From Camelus ferus (lineage: Eukaryota), in contig NC_045697.1 in the NCBI RefSeq assembly GCF_009834535.1, forward strand, positions 41,170,001 through 41,234,000: 64,000 nucleotides of DNA, given 5' to 3'. Below, in pieces: positions 27,238-41,120 of the stretch. Numbering within the stretch: position 1 is the stretch's first letter; each line of letters starts with the position of its first letter. Made by a program: the position numbers and the translations under genes. Under the pieces are notes generated by a model. It was not told the origin of the DNA and searched no databases. It saw only the letters and a program-made list of their open reading frames with translations.

Positions 27238-27300
27238 AAATAAAATAAAATAATTAATTAAAAAATACATAAAGAAACCTAATTACCCACTCCCCCAAAA
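27128..27300 (+). mobile_element. tRNA-derived SINE (camelid vic-1-like) with target-site duplication
   Basis: gggagggtgtagctcagtggtagag (A box), gggttgaatccc (mutated B box), long A-tract, aaacctaattaccc tail; TSD atcactcag at 27119-27127 and 27306-27314. Confidence 0.85.
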
Positions 27301-29015
27301 AAGAAATCACTCAGCCTTTTAAATGTTAGAAACACTGTGCATCCTCACGATTTATATTCTGAGACAATCATGGTTTTATATATTTGAATCATTGAGGGAA
27401 TTTTTTTCCCACAATTAGTAGGATTTCTTTACATAAATGTCTCCAAAAAGGCATGCTCATAAGACTATCCAGCTAAATTATATTCATATGTTAGCTACCG
27501 CACAACTCTAGTCATGAAATACAAACTCTGGGAGACTTTATTTTAAGCTACAAAGTGACTATTTTTTGCTGTCATAACAGTTGAAATCATGCATAAAACA
27601 AATTTCTAAGTTTTTACTTTCTGTCTTTGAAAGTTTTCAGATCTAGATTATACTTGACCATCTCATAATGATGGCTCATGTTTTTAAAAATGCAAGTACA
27701 TACAAACCCATAATATCAATTAAGTGTTCAATATTTCCTCTGTAATTTCAAATTCCTTACTGATTTGCAATTCCTGAATTGGAAAAAAAATGCAAATCTT
27801 TATTTCTGAGAAGTAAAGTACAATGTGGAGTGTATTTTCAGCTCCAGAACTATGCTTAAAACTGAAGTACCAGAGCAAACATTTAGCAGAGCGCTTTAAA
27901 AGCAATCCATGAATCAAAAATATTAATTGGGACAGTGGCCTTAAAAATGAGTATGACCCTATATTACTACTCTCACTGAACTAGAAGCACCTTACAGATC
28001 CTTTTAATCAGCTATGTCCCAGGGACAGAGCAGTCAAGGGGCAGTTATAAAACTTTAATCTTCAAAAATGTAGAGGATTAGGTTGAAAATTCTCTTATTT
28101 TGCTTTCTCTTCCATCTAAAGAGACTAAAAATAGCCTCTATCCAATGTCTAGAACGTAATTTTATTCTATTCAATATACTATGCTTTGTGTGTGAGTCAG
28201 ATATTTTTTGAAACAGCTTTCCCTTGCAAATAAGAGTTTATCATTTAGAAAGTTATTTTATGTCCTCATACGAAATATATAATAATTTGACTTATTAATT
28301 ACTTTACATTCATTACACAATTAATTTATTTTTTGTTAAGCCCATTTTACACACAGGGTAACTGCAAGACTTGGAATGATTAAGTCCAACTGCTGAAGTA
28401 AGGATCACATAATTCAAACCTAGGCTGACTCTTAATCTATAAAACTAAATACTATTATTCTAAAAATATAGATTTACAACTTCACTCCACACCAAAGAAA
28501 TGATAATTTCCAGAAGTCTTGTCCCAAAATTTGTTTTTTGAAGCTGGAGGTTTGGGAACCAGCGCTTTATCACCAGGCTACTATGCCTCCCTGGGATTGC
28601 TGATTTTGATGAACTCCATCTCATTTCCATGAACCAGTCCTTTACGGAAGCCTCCCGCAAGACAGTGCATGACAGGCGGTACTGTGTAGCATTAAAAAGA
28701 AGTATAAAATATGGCTCCTGCCCTTGAGAAGCTCACAATCTAAAAACGTACTACCCAAAATATTGAGAGACTGTTAGATGATGGGGCGGGGTGTGTTTAG
28801 AAGGGATGGCTTTGTGGAAGCAGTGTACTTTGAATTAGGGTTTTTGTGGAGGGAAGAACAGAAATTGACAGAGAAGTAAGAGACTAACCTGGGTACCAGA
28901 GGTTTAGCAGTGGAAATAAGACTTGTGGAATGGTTTAACAACCCTTCTTTATTTCGAAACATAATTTTAAATATTTCAATTCAATTCTCTCTCAAACACA
29001 CACAAAATTACTAAC

Positions 29016-29582
29016 CTTCCACATTCATGGCTTCTCTCAGAACCTGAAGTTTCTTTTGTCTTTCTCGGATTCGGTCCAAAGCACTTGATATTGCTGAGGA
29101 GGTGGGCAATTCTCGTGTGTGAAACACTGGATCCATTTTCTGAGGGCCAAAGATATTCAAGGCTATGCTTCCATCTGAGTATCTTCCCTCCTTTTTTCGA
29201 GGAGTAGTTGAAGTCCGCACTGTTACCGCCTCAAGGAGAGACTGTCGGTATCTGTCAGTCTCCCCAGAAGAGAAGTCTCTGTCAGCTGTGCAGAGCAAGT
29301 CCATGGATGAAGCCCAGATCTTCTTCTTGGGAAGCACATCAATGCTGCGGATAGCTTTTTTTTCTGGCCCACTAGTTTGGAACTGGTAAGGGGAGCAGGA
29401 ATTTTCAGAATCTTCATGTCCAGAATTATTATCTGATGAAATGTCCTTGAAATAATCTTCCTCATCTTGTGTGTCTCTGATGGACAGAAATCCCATAGAT
29501 TTACTAAGCCCTTTGTTAAGAAAGGTCTGATGAGAGAATGGAGACTTGTATGTGTCTAGTACATCAGAAGTAGAGCTTCTCC
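29016..29582 (-). CDS. PTPN13: PTPN13 exon 7 (567 nt): (G)RSSTSDVLDTYKSPFSHQTFLNKGLSKSMGFLSIRD...QKKLQVLREAMNVE
   Basis: Acceptor cattccag|GG; donor AAG|gttagt; overlaps ORF 29011..29496; phase 1-1. Confidence 0.96.
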
Positions 29583-31289
29583 CTGGAATGATAAGAATCT
29601 ATCATGTATGTACAGAAGTTTTAGAAAAATAACTGGAATGTAACCTTACTATTGACAATGAAAGTGGTGGCAATTTCCTAATTCTCCAATGGAGAATCAG
29701 AGCTGAAATGTGGTGGTGATGGTGATGGTGATGACAGAGCAAGTGGAAAGAGATGCTATGTTTGTATAACTTTTCAGAGTCCAATGTTTCTTATTTAATG
29801 ATATCAATAACAGATTGAATTTACTTTTTAAAGTAGCATTATTTTGCATTTAAAGGTGAATTATTTGGTTTTAAAAAACAGGTAAGAGTTTCCGATACTC
29901 TCCAGTTTGGTAGAATATTAATTATTCATGAAATTATTTGGGGGTAATAATAAAACATATAGTCTACTCCTTTATCTAAAGACATAATTCAAATATGTAT
30001 TACTTTAATATGAAGCCCTGGCATCTTCTGGTCATTGAAATAAATGTTTAAAGAAGAAACAACATTTTTTTTTTCTATATTCTGGATGGGAAAAAAAGAT
30101 AATAGTATTTGGAATTCTTAAGTATCTAATTTTTATTATGATTAGAAATGTTTTCAGAAAATTTGATTGTGTTTGAAATCCAGACAATCTGATTGTGCTT
30201 AAATTATGGAAGAAACTTAATTTTTCCATGGCAGACCATCATGTACTGAAATAGTTTTTCCTCTCGAACATAATGTATCAATATTTTTCAACTGGAATAA
30301 AGTACCAATTCTTATTTATGCCTTAGTCCTTGATATAGTTAAAACTAGTATAAGCCATTTTAATTTTTTTAAGGCAGCAGTCAGTAAATGCATTGAGACA
30401 CAGCAAAAATGCCCAACCAGAAATTAATTTTTGAATCCACAGATTCAACAACAACAAAATCACACATATATATGGCTCTACTATTAAAAAAAGAGAAATG
30501 CAGAAAAGTATGTTATAGTAACTAACCCAAAAGACCATAAACACTAAAGATTTCCTGGGTGACCATCTGTGATCCCTCTTTGACAATCTATTTGCTATGG
30601 ATACAATAAAAAATGATGACTAAAACCTTTCTAGTAATAAAAAAACTATTTATTAATTCATTTGAAAAGTTAATTGCCTCCTCAGAGCAAGAAGTATAAG
30701 CTTTAAGTCTCCAACTATAAATTTTATCTTAAAATTAATAGAAAAATGAATTAATTTCAGAATAGCAACAGATAATTGCTTGAGAATTGGATTCAAATAT
30801 TTTGCTTTTCTTGTAACCCATCATCCCCTGAAAATGGATCCACTTAAGTGTAAACAGGGGTAACATGGATACTTGAGGCACATCGTCTATAGAACACGGA
30901 AAAATAAGGCACATCACATCTAGACAGACTGTCACCAACCTCAGCTTCTAATATAATCTAAAATTGATAAATATATGTCTACGTTGCAGTATTTAGTGGT
31001 GAGTTACATTCTTAAGCCACACATTGAAAGTCATTAATTTAAAATTATATTACAAAATAGAGAACAAAGATATTCTTGAAAACAGAATACAGCAGATAAA
31101 AAATTAGAACTGAAAGAATTTAAGGATCATACAACCATAGATGAACTCAACAATCAGCCTTCTTTTACCATCTACCAACAAGTAGTCAAAACTCAGAGAA
31201 AATCAAACAAGTGGGTATTCTGACAACACCATAAATTCATGGTCAACTATTCTGACACTAAACTTTATGTGTTAATAGTAAGTTCACTC

Positions 31290-33030
31290 ATTTTCCACAA
31301 CAACTGCTTTGCTTTTCCTCATTCTTCAAATTTCCCACCTTAACTCTCTCCTCTCTGTCTTTTGATCTTGTCTCATATTCCACGAAGCAAATAGAAGCTG
31401 TCAGAAGACAGCTTTCTCATTTTTCCAGGACTAATTCTACACATCTACCTGTGTCTGCAATCTTTTCTGTCTACTGTCTCAAAGGATGACATTTCCTACC
31501 AGTCGAAGGCCAATTCCCAATATGAGTTCAATTCCTCCTTCCTTTTACTTTTTCCCCAAAGATTTTATATATTAACCAAAGATTATATAAAATTAATATT
31601 TATATATTCATATATGAAATATATTTTAATATATAATTTACATATTATAAAGATTGACATATTATTTAACATATTATTAAATTACACATTAATTTATATA
31701 TAATATATATTTTCCAAAGAATATATATATTAACCGAAGATAATTTCTCCTTTCTCTGTTGCATTATCCCCCATTTCTATGGAGTCATTCCCATTGGTAT
31801 ACAAAATGCTCTAATACCTCCATAACCAAACCAAACCAAACCAAACAGAACCTCTCTCCTATTGTCACATTTCCCTCTAGGTACTATGTCCCCCAATTTC
31901 TCACTTCACATTCATTATTCTCCCCACTGTAGACAACTTCCAACTCCTCTACACCTTGGCAACTCTCATCACACATCACTAATGATATCCATATTACCAA
32001 ATCCAATGGACAGTTTTGAATCCATACCTTATTTACCTCTCAGCAACAACAACTAAAAGTGATGACAGTCCCTTAATGAGTCACCTTCCTGTCTCTACAA
32101 GCCTGGTTTCCTCCTACTGCTCAGACTGCTCATTCTAAGTCTTTGCTTTTTCCTCTCCCTCTACTGGATATCCAAATTGTTGGATTTCCTTGGGTATGAG
32201 TTTTAGGACCCTATTTTTCCACTCTTTCCTTATATAATTTCATCTATTAACAATGCTTTTAAGTATTATCTATGTACTGACAACTCCCAGATTTTTATTC
32301 TTGGCACTGACCTCTTCTGGAAGCTCCAATCTGAAATAATTGAAACTTCTACTAGTATATTTCAGAAGTACCTCAAACTGAACATGATTAAAACTAATCT
32401 TTTGCTTTCCACATCCAGAGATGTGCACTTTTACCCCTTTCTTTCCAACTTCAATAAGTGGCACTGTTACCCAGCTGAGTGCTCAAAACAGAAATATGGG
32501 TACCATACTGAAACCCTTCATCTTCTTTATTTCCCATATCAAATCCATCAGAAAGTGCTGGCAGGCTAAATTCTCAAAGTTACGTTATTCCATGTGATTA
32601 TTTCCAATTCCACTGCCATCCCCCTATTCCCAGTTAACTTTATCACCTGAGTAGATAACTGCAATGGTCTCCCTGTTTCTTCTTTCTTCATTCAGCTACT
32701 CTCTACTCAGCATCCAGAACTATCTTTTCAAAATACAGATTCCATGATGCCACTCCCCTGCTTAATAAGTCCCAAAGGCATACTACTGTACTCCAAATAA
32801 AATCTAGACTCCTTTTGGATGTGCCGGTTGAATCCTTTTTAGTCACATCTCCATTACCCTTATTCCATCCAGGCCACGGGTTTTTCTCTGTTAGGATCTC
32901 TTTATATGTTAGGGCCTTGTACATACTATTTTCTCTGCCCTGAATGGTCTATTTTAGACCTTTCTTGCGGTTAGTTGTTTCTTATCCTATAGTTTTATTT
33001 TAAATGACTTCTTCAGTGAAGCCTATCTTG
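31290..33030 (+). mobile_element. Degraded L2 LINE interrupted by an AT-rich insert and (CAAAC)n
   Basis: L2 motifs ccaaatccaatggaca, cctcaaactgaacatg, cactcccctgcttaa. Confidence 0.7.
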
Positions 33031-36000
33031 ACCACTATTGAAACAGACCACTTTCCAAATGTATCATGAGTCTATTCCATTTGGAACAAGTAAATTATCA
33101 TTCTCTTCTAGGTCATTAGTATTTACTAGCAATATATTAATAGGTCATGGTATCCTAAAAGAGCCATGTCTTCTCATTAGCCATATGAAGCTTAAAATTA
33201 GTAAGATGGCTCTTGGATAACCACTGCTTTATAAATGCTAGGTTTTTTATTGTCTTTATGCAAATTAGTAGACATGAAAATATTTCATTTCATATTTATT
33301 AAAAGTTCAGAAATTTATTTAAAATTCTGGAGGGCAGTGCAAAATTATAATAAAAACAATTCCTTTATAAGTTTTCACTAACTTCCTACAAAATATGCCA
33401 AATTTAACCATGGCTTAATCTGCTTTATATGTTTGAAAATCACATTATGATAGCTAACTTAAAAATCTCATGACTATTACTTAACAGAAGATGATTTTGA
33501 GCCACAGTTAAGGTCTCTTCTAGTCGTCAAAAGGACAAAGAATGAATGGTGGAACAGGAAGAATGAGAAGGTAAGATGGTGGGGAGGGGAGCAAGGGGGC
33601 AGTGATACTCTTCAGGAAAACGGGCAAAAAGTTGTAGAGGTGGGAGACAAGGTTCAAGGTGATATGTGCACACTTGTTACAAATAATCTAAAGTAAAATT
33701 GTAAGAGCTTTGAGCCATGAAAGCATTAAAGGGAGAAACTGAGTGTGGGTGACCTTCTGAAGGAAGAGAAAGCAAGCAGTAGAAAAGAGATGTCTGGAGC
33801 TAAGTGGTTTCTCCAGGGGATCTTCTAGCCTAGGTTTACTTTTTGGAGGAAAAAGGAGGCACATCTTTAGGTAGGGACCCAGAGATGTGGATTTCAGCAG
33901 GTTACAAACATTACTATTCTTAAATCACGTATTCCCAACCAGCAGGAGTCTCAATGCGTTTTCTCATGTCAATGATGCTCACTGTCTTCAACTACACAAC
34001 TAGACATGTAATTGCCCAAGTAACACGTCACAGGTGGATAAAATAAATGTGGCATCATACATAGCAATATAATATTGTGGTTGTTTTATGTTGCAAAAGC
34101 ACTAGGGAAAAAATTTCACTAATCTGGGAACTCAAAATGACAGTTCAAGAGTAGAATTTGGCCATATAAATGAGGAGAAATACAGAATTCTAGGCCCATT
34201 TATTAGCTACTTAAGTCTACTAGATCAGTGAAGACTATACTGTTAACACCAGTGCCACCAGCCTAATAACTGTATTTGAGATTAGATCAACTGCTTTCCA
34301 GATCTTTCTAGACATATGCCCAGACTATTATAACTATTTTATTAAACAAGCAATAAACAGCACTAAAATCAATTAAGTACACCTAATAGCTATGCTAACT
34401 ACTCATTTTGATCACAGGAAAATAAACCTAGTAATACTTCTGAAAAGAGTGCCATTGGAGCTACTCTTAAAAGATTTTAGGTGGAGGCTTCTGCGATACT
34501 GTCCCATTCTGGCGGAGTTAGTAGCTCCTTCACCTAACCTCACAGAGCATGCCGGACCTCTAAGAAGACATTTCTCTCATTATATTAAAATGATCCATTA
34601 TATGATATATCTGTCACCACTCCAACTCATTTCCTCACCCTGACCCCCGACTGAAAGAATAACATAAGGGACCATGTTGTACTGGTTTTTGTGTTTCCAG
34701 TTCCTGATAAAAGAGATTCCAAAAGGATGTTTGTAGAATGGGTTGGTTATGTAACTTTTGAAACCTTTTAAAGCCAATTTAGGTAGCATAATCTACCAGA
34801 AAGCTTATTATCAAAAGATGGGGTTTTAATTCTAGTTTTATCATTTAATCTATGAGCTTGGGCAAGCCACTTCATTTCTGTTTCTCACTTCCTTGGCCTA
34901 CAAAAATGTGGGTATAATCTGTTATGCCTTCTTTTTAGAGATGACAGGATAAGTGAATTAACCCGTATGAAATCTTATGAGCTCTTCTGAACAAGGGCAA
35001 CATAAAAATCTAAATTTTGCTTCCTTTTTGTTTATACTTTATTTTCTGCAGCATATAATTATCAACTGAGGGATAATTTAAGTTCTTTTGAGAGAAAATC
35101 ATAAAACCAGAAATCAAAAGATCTATCACAACAGAAGTTTTAGATTCTATAATAAAAAAATCAAATTATTCAAAACAGAATAAGTGGTTTCATCTCTTGA
35201 GGATGCTCTGAGTTCAGAGAGTTTATGGACAACATTAGATTACATACAATACTAGTATTCAAATTTAAAATGAAACCATAAACACTTTCAGAGAGTACAT
35301 GGCTTGCTAAAAGGTAAATGGGGAACAATAAATAAACTTTGAAGAGCTATGAAGAAAAGATTGTAAGAATATAAGGAGTCTTCATAATAGAACACATTCC
35401 ATTTATTAGGTAAAGTTGAAAAAAAATTTCCTTGTAAAGTACATTGTGTTTTAACTATTTTTGTTATTTATGATTAACATTAACATTAATGGGATATCTT
35501 CATCTTTCCTCTCACACAGACTCAAAAAATTCATAGCATCTCTTAGAAGCTAACTTCAAAATGACATTTCAGTATTAAAAGGGGCTCCCCGATTCCCCAT
35601 CTGTCCTCCCAAATGTGTTCAAGTACATAAAAAAAGAAACAGGATATTATCAATTCACCCAAGTTTTGAAGCACTATCATCCTGATCTGATCAAGGTGTA
35701 AATTTCCACCTGAAGCGTGGCAGGAAATGTCTGATTTCTTTCTGCTTAGGAAGCCATTTTATCAGCATAGGCGGTATTAAATAACAAAGCAGGGGCACGC
35801 AGCCCTACTAGCTTGGGCCTTAGCCTCTGTAACAGATCTCAGAGATAAGACACAAGGAGACACCTTTTGAGGTCATTTACTCATAGATGAAAAATTTTAG
35901 TGTTAAGTTTTAGATGAACAATCAAATGACTTACATACAAGGCATTACCCCTAAAACCGCTTACTTCTTTTAATCTGATTCTGTATCTCACGCCCATTTT

Positions 36001-39000
36001 GACATTTTATTTATTGAAAACTGTGGTCAGGAACCTAATAAACAAAAGCTATCCCTACATGCAGGTTTCAGGTTGGTCTGCATCAAAGAGAACGCGTTAT
36101 TACTAATGTAATATGACAGTGCTGCTTTGCTGCAAGTGACGACGGACTTTTAAGAACTGGCACTGCCCAAAAGTAAACCAGTGTCCTAAAAGAATATTTC
36201 TTCTTTATGAGGTAACTTTTTTTAACCTTAAAGATTTATATTATAGTGGTGTATGCCATTGACTATTAGCTTTTAATTGCTTCTACCTGGTAATGTCTGT
36301 AATTAGTATACTATGCCGATTCTGTCCTTGAGATGTGATTTTATAAATTTGTTAAAGATAAATTAAAAGAGCCTTTGAGCAGTGCTCCTGTGGTAAGCAA
36401 TGGCTAAGATGGGTTGGGGAGTCCTCTCCTATTTCACTCGATCCAAAAAACGTTACTGTTTCTTTAAGTATAAGGACCTCTAATTATACCCCAAATTAGA
36501 GGAACTAATTTAGGTTCATCCTGAGTGACAAACTGTACTTTCTTATAAAGTCTCTTGAATTTAGACATTGGGGAGATTTTATTCTCCAATAAAGAGATAG
36601 GGTTATTAGAGAATTATTTATTAGAGAATAAAGAGATAGGGTTATTAGAGAATGGACAGTCTATTTAAAGATTTCTCTGCTAATTTTCTTAAGTTGCAAC
36701 AGTCAATTCTATTCATTCGCATTTGTACAGTCTGTTTAGTCATAGAATTTTAAAGCATTATTAGACAATAATACTAAGTCTTAATACTATAAAAACAAAG
36801 TTACAAAGGAAAGACATTAATAATTTGGTTTAAAACTTCAGATCTATTTGTTGTTATAAGAAAATAGTCTAATAACATGAGCCAAGATGGTGAACTACAG
36901 TTTATTTTTTAATTTTTACTCTGCATACAACTTAACATTCAAAATAGGTTATCTGAAAAAATAAATCATAAGAGTGTCACAGATTTCTTTTTGGAATCAT
37001 TAAAATTGTATTATAAATATATTATTGTATCTAATATTTTTATAGAACTTTTTTCATCTCCAGTCAATCAACAAATGTTAAATTTAACACCTACAAAAAC
37101 GAATGTGCTTAACGTATCAAGTTTTCCCATCCCTAGCATCTACATATGGCTTCATAAATTATGTATATATGTAAATGATGAGTACATAACCTGCTATTTT
37201 AAGTATGTTATATAGTTGGCATAGATTCAGTTCAATCTCTAATTACTAACTCTAAAGTGTTAGGTAATAATTAATGTCTGTAACAGTAAGATTTTGAATC
37301 ATTGAAAGTAATATAATCCAAACTTTGTTGATGCTTCTTAGTCTTTAAACTTTGAGAAACTAAACATGGCAGGGTCATTCTTTACTTTAGAGTCTATAGA
37401 TTCATGATGAATAGGGACAGAATGGGGGTGTCATATATACAGGAACATTTTTTACTCTTAGAGAAACAAACTATCTTTAAAAATTAACAATAATGTAACA
37501 TTATATTTACTAACTCAACAAGTCACAAGCAAACAAACTTCAATTCCATAGCGCTGGCCACTTAATGACAGGAGGAGATGACAAGGGAACTTCGGAAAGA
37601 GGAAGAATAGGAAAAAGAAATAAAGAAGCCAGGAGGAAGGGAGAGAGAGAGATAAAAGGAGATAGGAGGAGGGACGGAGAAAACTAGAAAGATGATAAAT
37701 AAGAGAAACAGAAATCATTTCTTTAAAACCTAATGTTTACTTATTAAATTATTCATCATGTCTCCTTGAGAAAGACTCCATTTAGTTCTAAAACAGGAGA
37801 GTGATTGAAACTTTGAAGGATTAAAGTGTTTCTATTCTTAGCTCTAAAGCTCACATGTTATCGTATCTCAAGTCCTAGTCTGGTTTTAAGATAAGAGAAA
37901 ACAAGAGTTTTATCTATGAGAGAAAGATGTGTCTATATACATGAGTATTTAAGGAAACAAAAGAAAGGGTTAAAAATACTTTTAAAAATTAGATCAAAGT
38001 ATTGTAAAAACTAAGTTAAACAAGTCTGCCTTCTTCCCTTTTTTCCTGAGCCACACACAAATAATAATAAATGTCTTAGAAACAGAGCCTTATGCAATCT
38101 GAAGTAAATTGATTATATTTATGACATGAAAGCTAAGATACTTCTTCAGAAAAACAATCCTTATTCAAAATAAGTAAAATGAAAGTACTAAAACAGACAC
38201 TTAACTAACTGCACTATTACAGAATTACTCCACAGAAATGATTTTATAGCTTTTCTTTGACTTCTTAAGATAAGTAGTATACTTGCTTAGGACACATTCT
38301 TCCCTCTCAGACATGAGAGCTCTGCATTCTTCAAAACATTTGGTCCAGATAATCAAATGTCTGTGTTTAGTTTCCACAGTGAAAGTTCCTCACAGATTTT
38401 AAATATGATAGCTCTGCTCTGATTATCTAATTAGTTAAACATCTTAACTTTTTAATCTGACTGTAAAAATTAGAATATTTTATTAGAATATATTTAAGCA
38501 ATATTTACATTTACTTATCTCCAGCTCTAAGACTTAAGACAATAAAATATTTCACCCATAAAATATTCTTGCTAATGTTTAAATTATCATAATTATCAAT
38601 ATTGCTTGATGAGAAGAAAAGAGAACAAAAATAATAAGCAAAAGCGAAAGTTTATTTTATAAATAAGCCAAGATTGAAATTTAAAATTTTACTACTTTCA
38701 TTTCATGTGTTTGGAATTTCTGTTCATTTCCTTAAAAAATCAATTTAATAATTATGTAGGACCCATAATTATCTAACAGTACTGGCAAATAGCAAAATCA
38801 CTCTTCATCAGTTTTTATTTAATAAGCATTATATAATCTAAGATAGTATTTGATAACTGCAAATCATGAAATTAGTCATAAAATCAATTTAGTGGGTTGT
38901 GATTAGCATTAAAAAAAGAAACTGAATAGAAAGTAACAATGTGTACAAGAATGCTGCATTCTGAAATTTCTGTTTCAGTATCATTTATATTCACAAGTGT

Positions 39001-39329
39001 ATTTTTTGTTTCTTTGTGCTTTAAAATGTATTTTAATACAAAATACCATGAGTAAGTAAATAAATGATATTATTTCTGTAATAACAATATTAGGAAACAA
39101 ATGATTTACTGTGGGAGTCCTGACAGTATTATTAACATTTTCTGTATAACTATCACAGATTTATATATTAATGTACCTAGTGTTCCTGTATGTTTGCTGT
39201 CTCCACTTTGCACACTTCTGACCATAATGGTCACAGTTACCAGACTGCCAAGCTAGGCTAAGCATGATTTTGTAAAGGAAACAATAACTAAGGTTAAAGC
39301 CTAAACATTTCCTATTTATGTACTCTTAC

Positions 39330-39417
39330 CTGTTGGTAATCCTTTTCCTCTCAATCGGTCTCGAATAGCCTGGCTTCGATCAGGTTTTTGTTCACTGTTA
39401 CGGGAAAGCTGATCCGT
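39330..39417 (-). CDS. PTPN13: PTPN13 exon 6 (88 nt): TDQLSRNSEQKPDRSQAIRDRLRGKGLPT(G)
   Basis: Acceptor tgtacag|ACG; donor CAG|gtaaga; phase 0-1. Confidence 0.95.
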
Positions 39418-40869
39418 CTGTACAAGGGTAACCAAAAGTCAAGTTTGACAAAAGAATCTCTCTTTTGTTTTCATGGAAATTACCTACAGAATGACACTAG
39501 TTAGATATTTGTGAAGTGTGTAACATTCAAGTAAAAACATTCTACGTTTGCTATTATTAATACATACTCCTTGGATAAGGTCTGTCCAATTCATCCTCAA
39601 AAAATAAAAGGTAAGAAACAGTTATCAAAGAGTAATCTGCTAACTAGGGCCAAAGTAGTTAAAATAAAGTAGTTAAAATGAGTTCCATTTAAAAACAGCA
39701 AACTTCAAGTGTTCTTTTTTTCTAAACTGATAACTATATTCATCTCTCAGGTTTGATTGTAATTTTAAAACCATGCTAATTCTGATATAATAAAGCTTTC
39801 TCCTGATTGTAACTATGCATTGAGAGTACTGATTTAAATTATTTTCAAAAGTAATTTTCTAGACTTTGCCTGCCAGAAATTATATTTGAGAAATGCTTTA
39901 AACTAAATGGACATACTGAAGGATGACAAATTTAAATCAATTTTGAGACTTATTTAGAACAAAATGTTTAAGTAGTCTTAAACTTTAATTACTTAAACTG
40001 AGGGTCCTTGTTTAATATAGCACGTCAAATTAGGTCAAATTCCACATTACAAGGGGTGAAATGTTAGACAGAATACTGAGTTTATTCAAATGATCAATTT
40101 GAGTAGAAACTTTAAGAAATAAGTGGAAGAAGAGAAAACGGTGAGGAGAAATTACTTAAATCTGGCACCATAAGCAAGCATACATATCTGCTTGCACACA
40201 TACACGTTTTAATATTCCTCCATTTGTGAAACTTGTGTAAGTATGAATTAAAAATCCATTTAAGATAGTATATTCAAGGTATTATGCTTCCTAGTAAGAA
40301 GACCTAAATGGAAATATTTCTGAAATGATGCCATCATTTAAATTACATAAATGATATTAATCTAGACTGTACTATATTGTCAGTAAGTGAAGAGATACTA
40401 TCCCGTATCTTTGAGAATTCCTGCGTTGACACTATTAGTAATAATAGCTGTCATTTATTGAGTGATTACTATAAGGCAGGCACTACCTTAAGTGCTTACA
40501 TATTTTACATTATTTAATCTTGAAAAAGCCTCATGTGGCATATATTATTATTATCCTTATATTACAATAAAGGGAGAAATAGTAAGAAAACTCTAAGGAC
40601 CTTGAAGAAGCTTACCAACATTGAAATAATTATCTTCACCAGCGTTAAGTAACGTGGGTGGTACAATTCCTATTTTACAGATAAGTAAAACTGAAGTCAA
40701 AGATGTTAAACATTAAACAGTGGAAGAACCAGGACAAGTAAGCTGGCCTGCTGACTTTTACTCTATGCTAATTAATTTTAAGGAAGTAGGATTACGGTCC
40801 CTTGCAATGGATTTCACACTGAGTGAAAGACTAACGCATTCTGTCAGCTACTGCAGGCAACAGCAGCTT

Positions 40870-41120
40870 CAGAGAAGCAGAGGGGCTAACGGCACAGACT
40901 TTGGTGTCACAGAGATCCAGATTCCAGTCATGTCTCTGCCATTTACCATGTGTGTGATCATGGGCAAGTTATTTAATCATTCTGAGCTTCATAATCTCAT
41001 CTTCATTTTAGAGACACTCTCTTTTAACCTGCGGTTGTTATGATGAATAAATGTGAAAAAGCACATAGGTCACACAGTGCAGTGCCTGGCACAAAGTAAA
41101 CACTTAAAAAATAGTAGCTG
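40870..41120 (+). mobile_element. MIR
   Basis: tgtgtgatcatgggcaagttatttaatcattctgagcttc...cagtgcctggcacaaagtaaacact. Confidence 0.75.

Noticed and set aside
29165..29465. Antisense and alternate-frame ORFs over exon 7 (also 3273..3527 over exon 14)
   Set aside because: Shadows of real PTPN13 exons.
29602..29784. 60-aa ORF with a poly-His run
   Set aside because: Produced by a short (GAT/GGT)n intronic repeat; no other coding support.
39652..39679. 14-bp tandem duplication (similar ones at 520-544 and 53370-53398)
   Set aside because: Ordinary slippage micro-duplications in AT-rich intron sequence.
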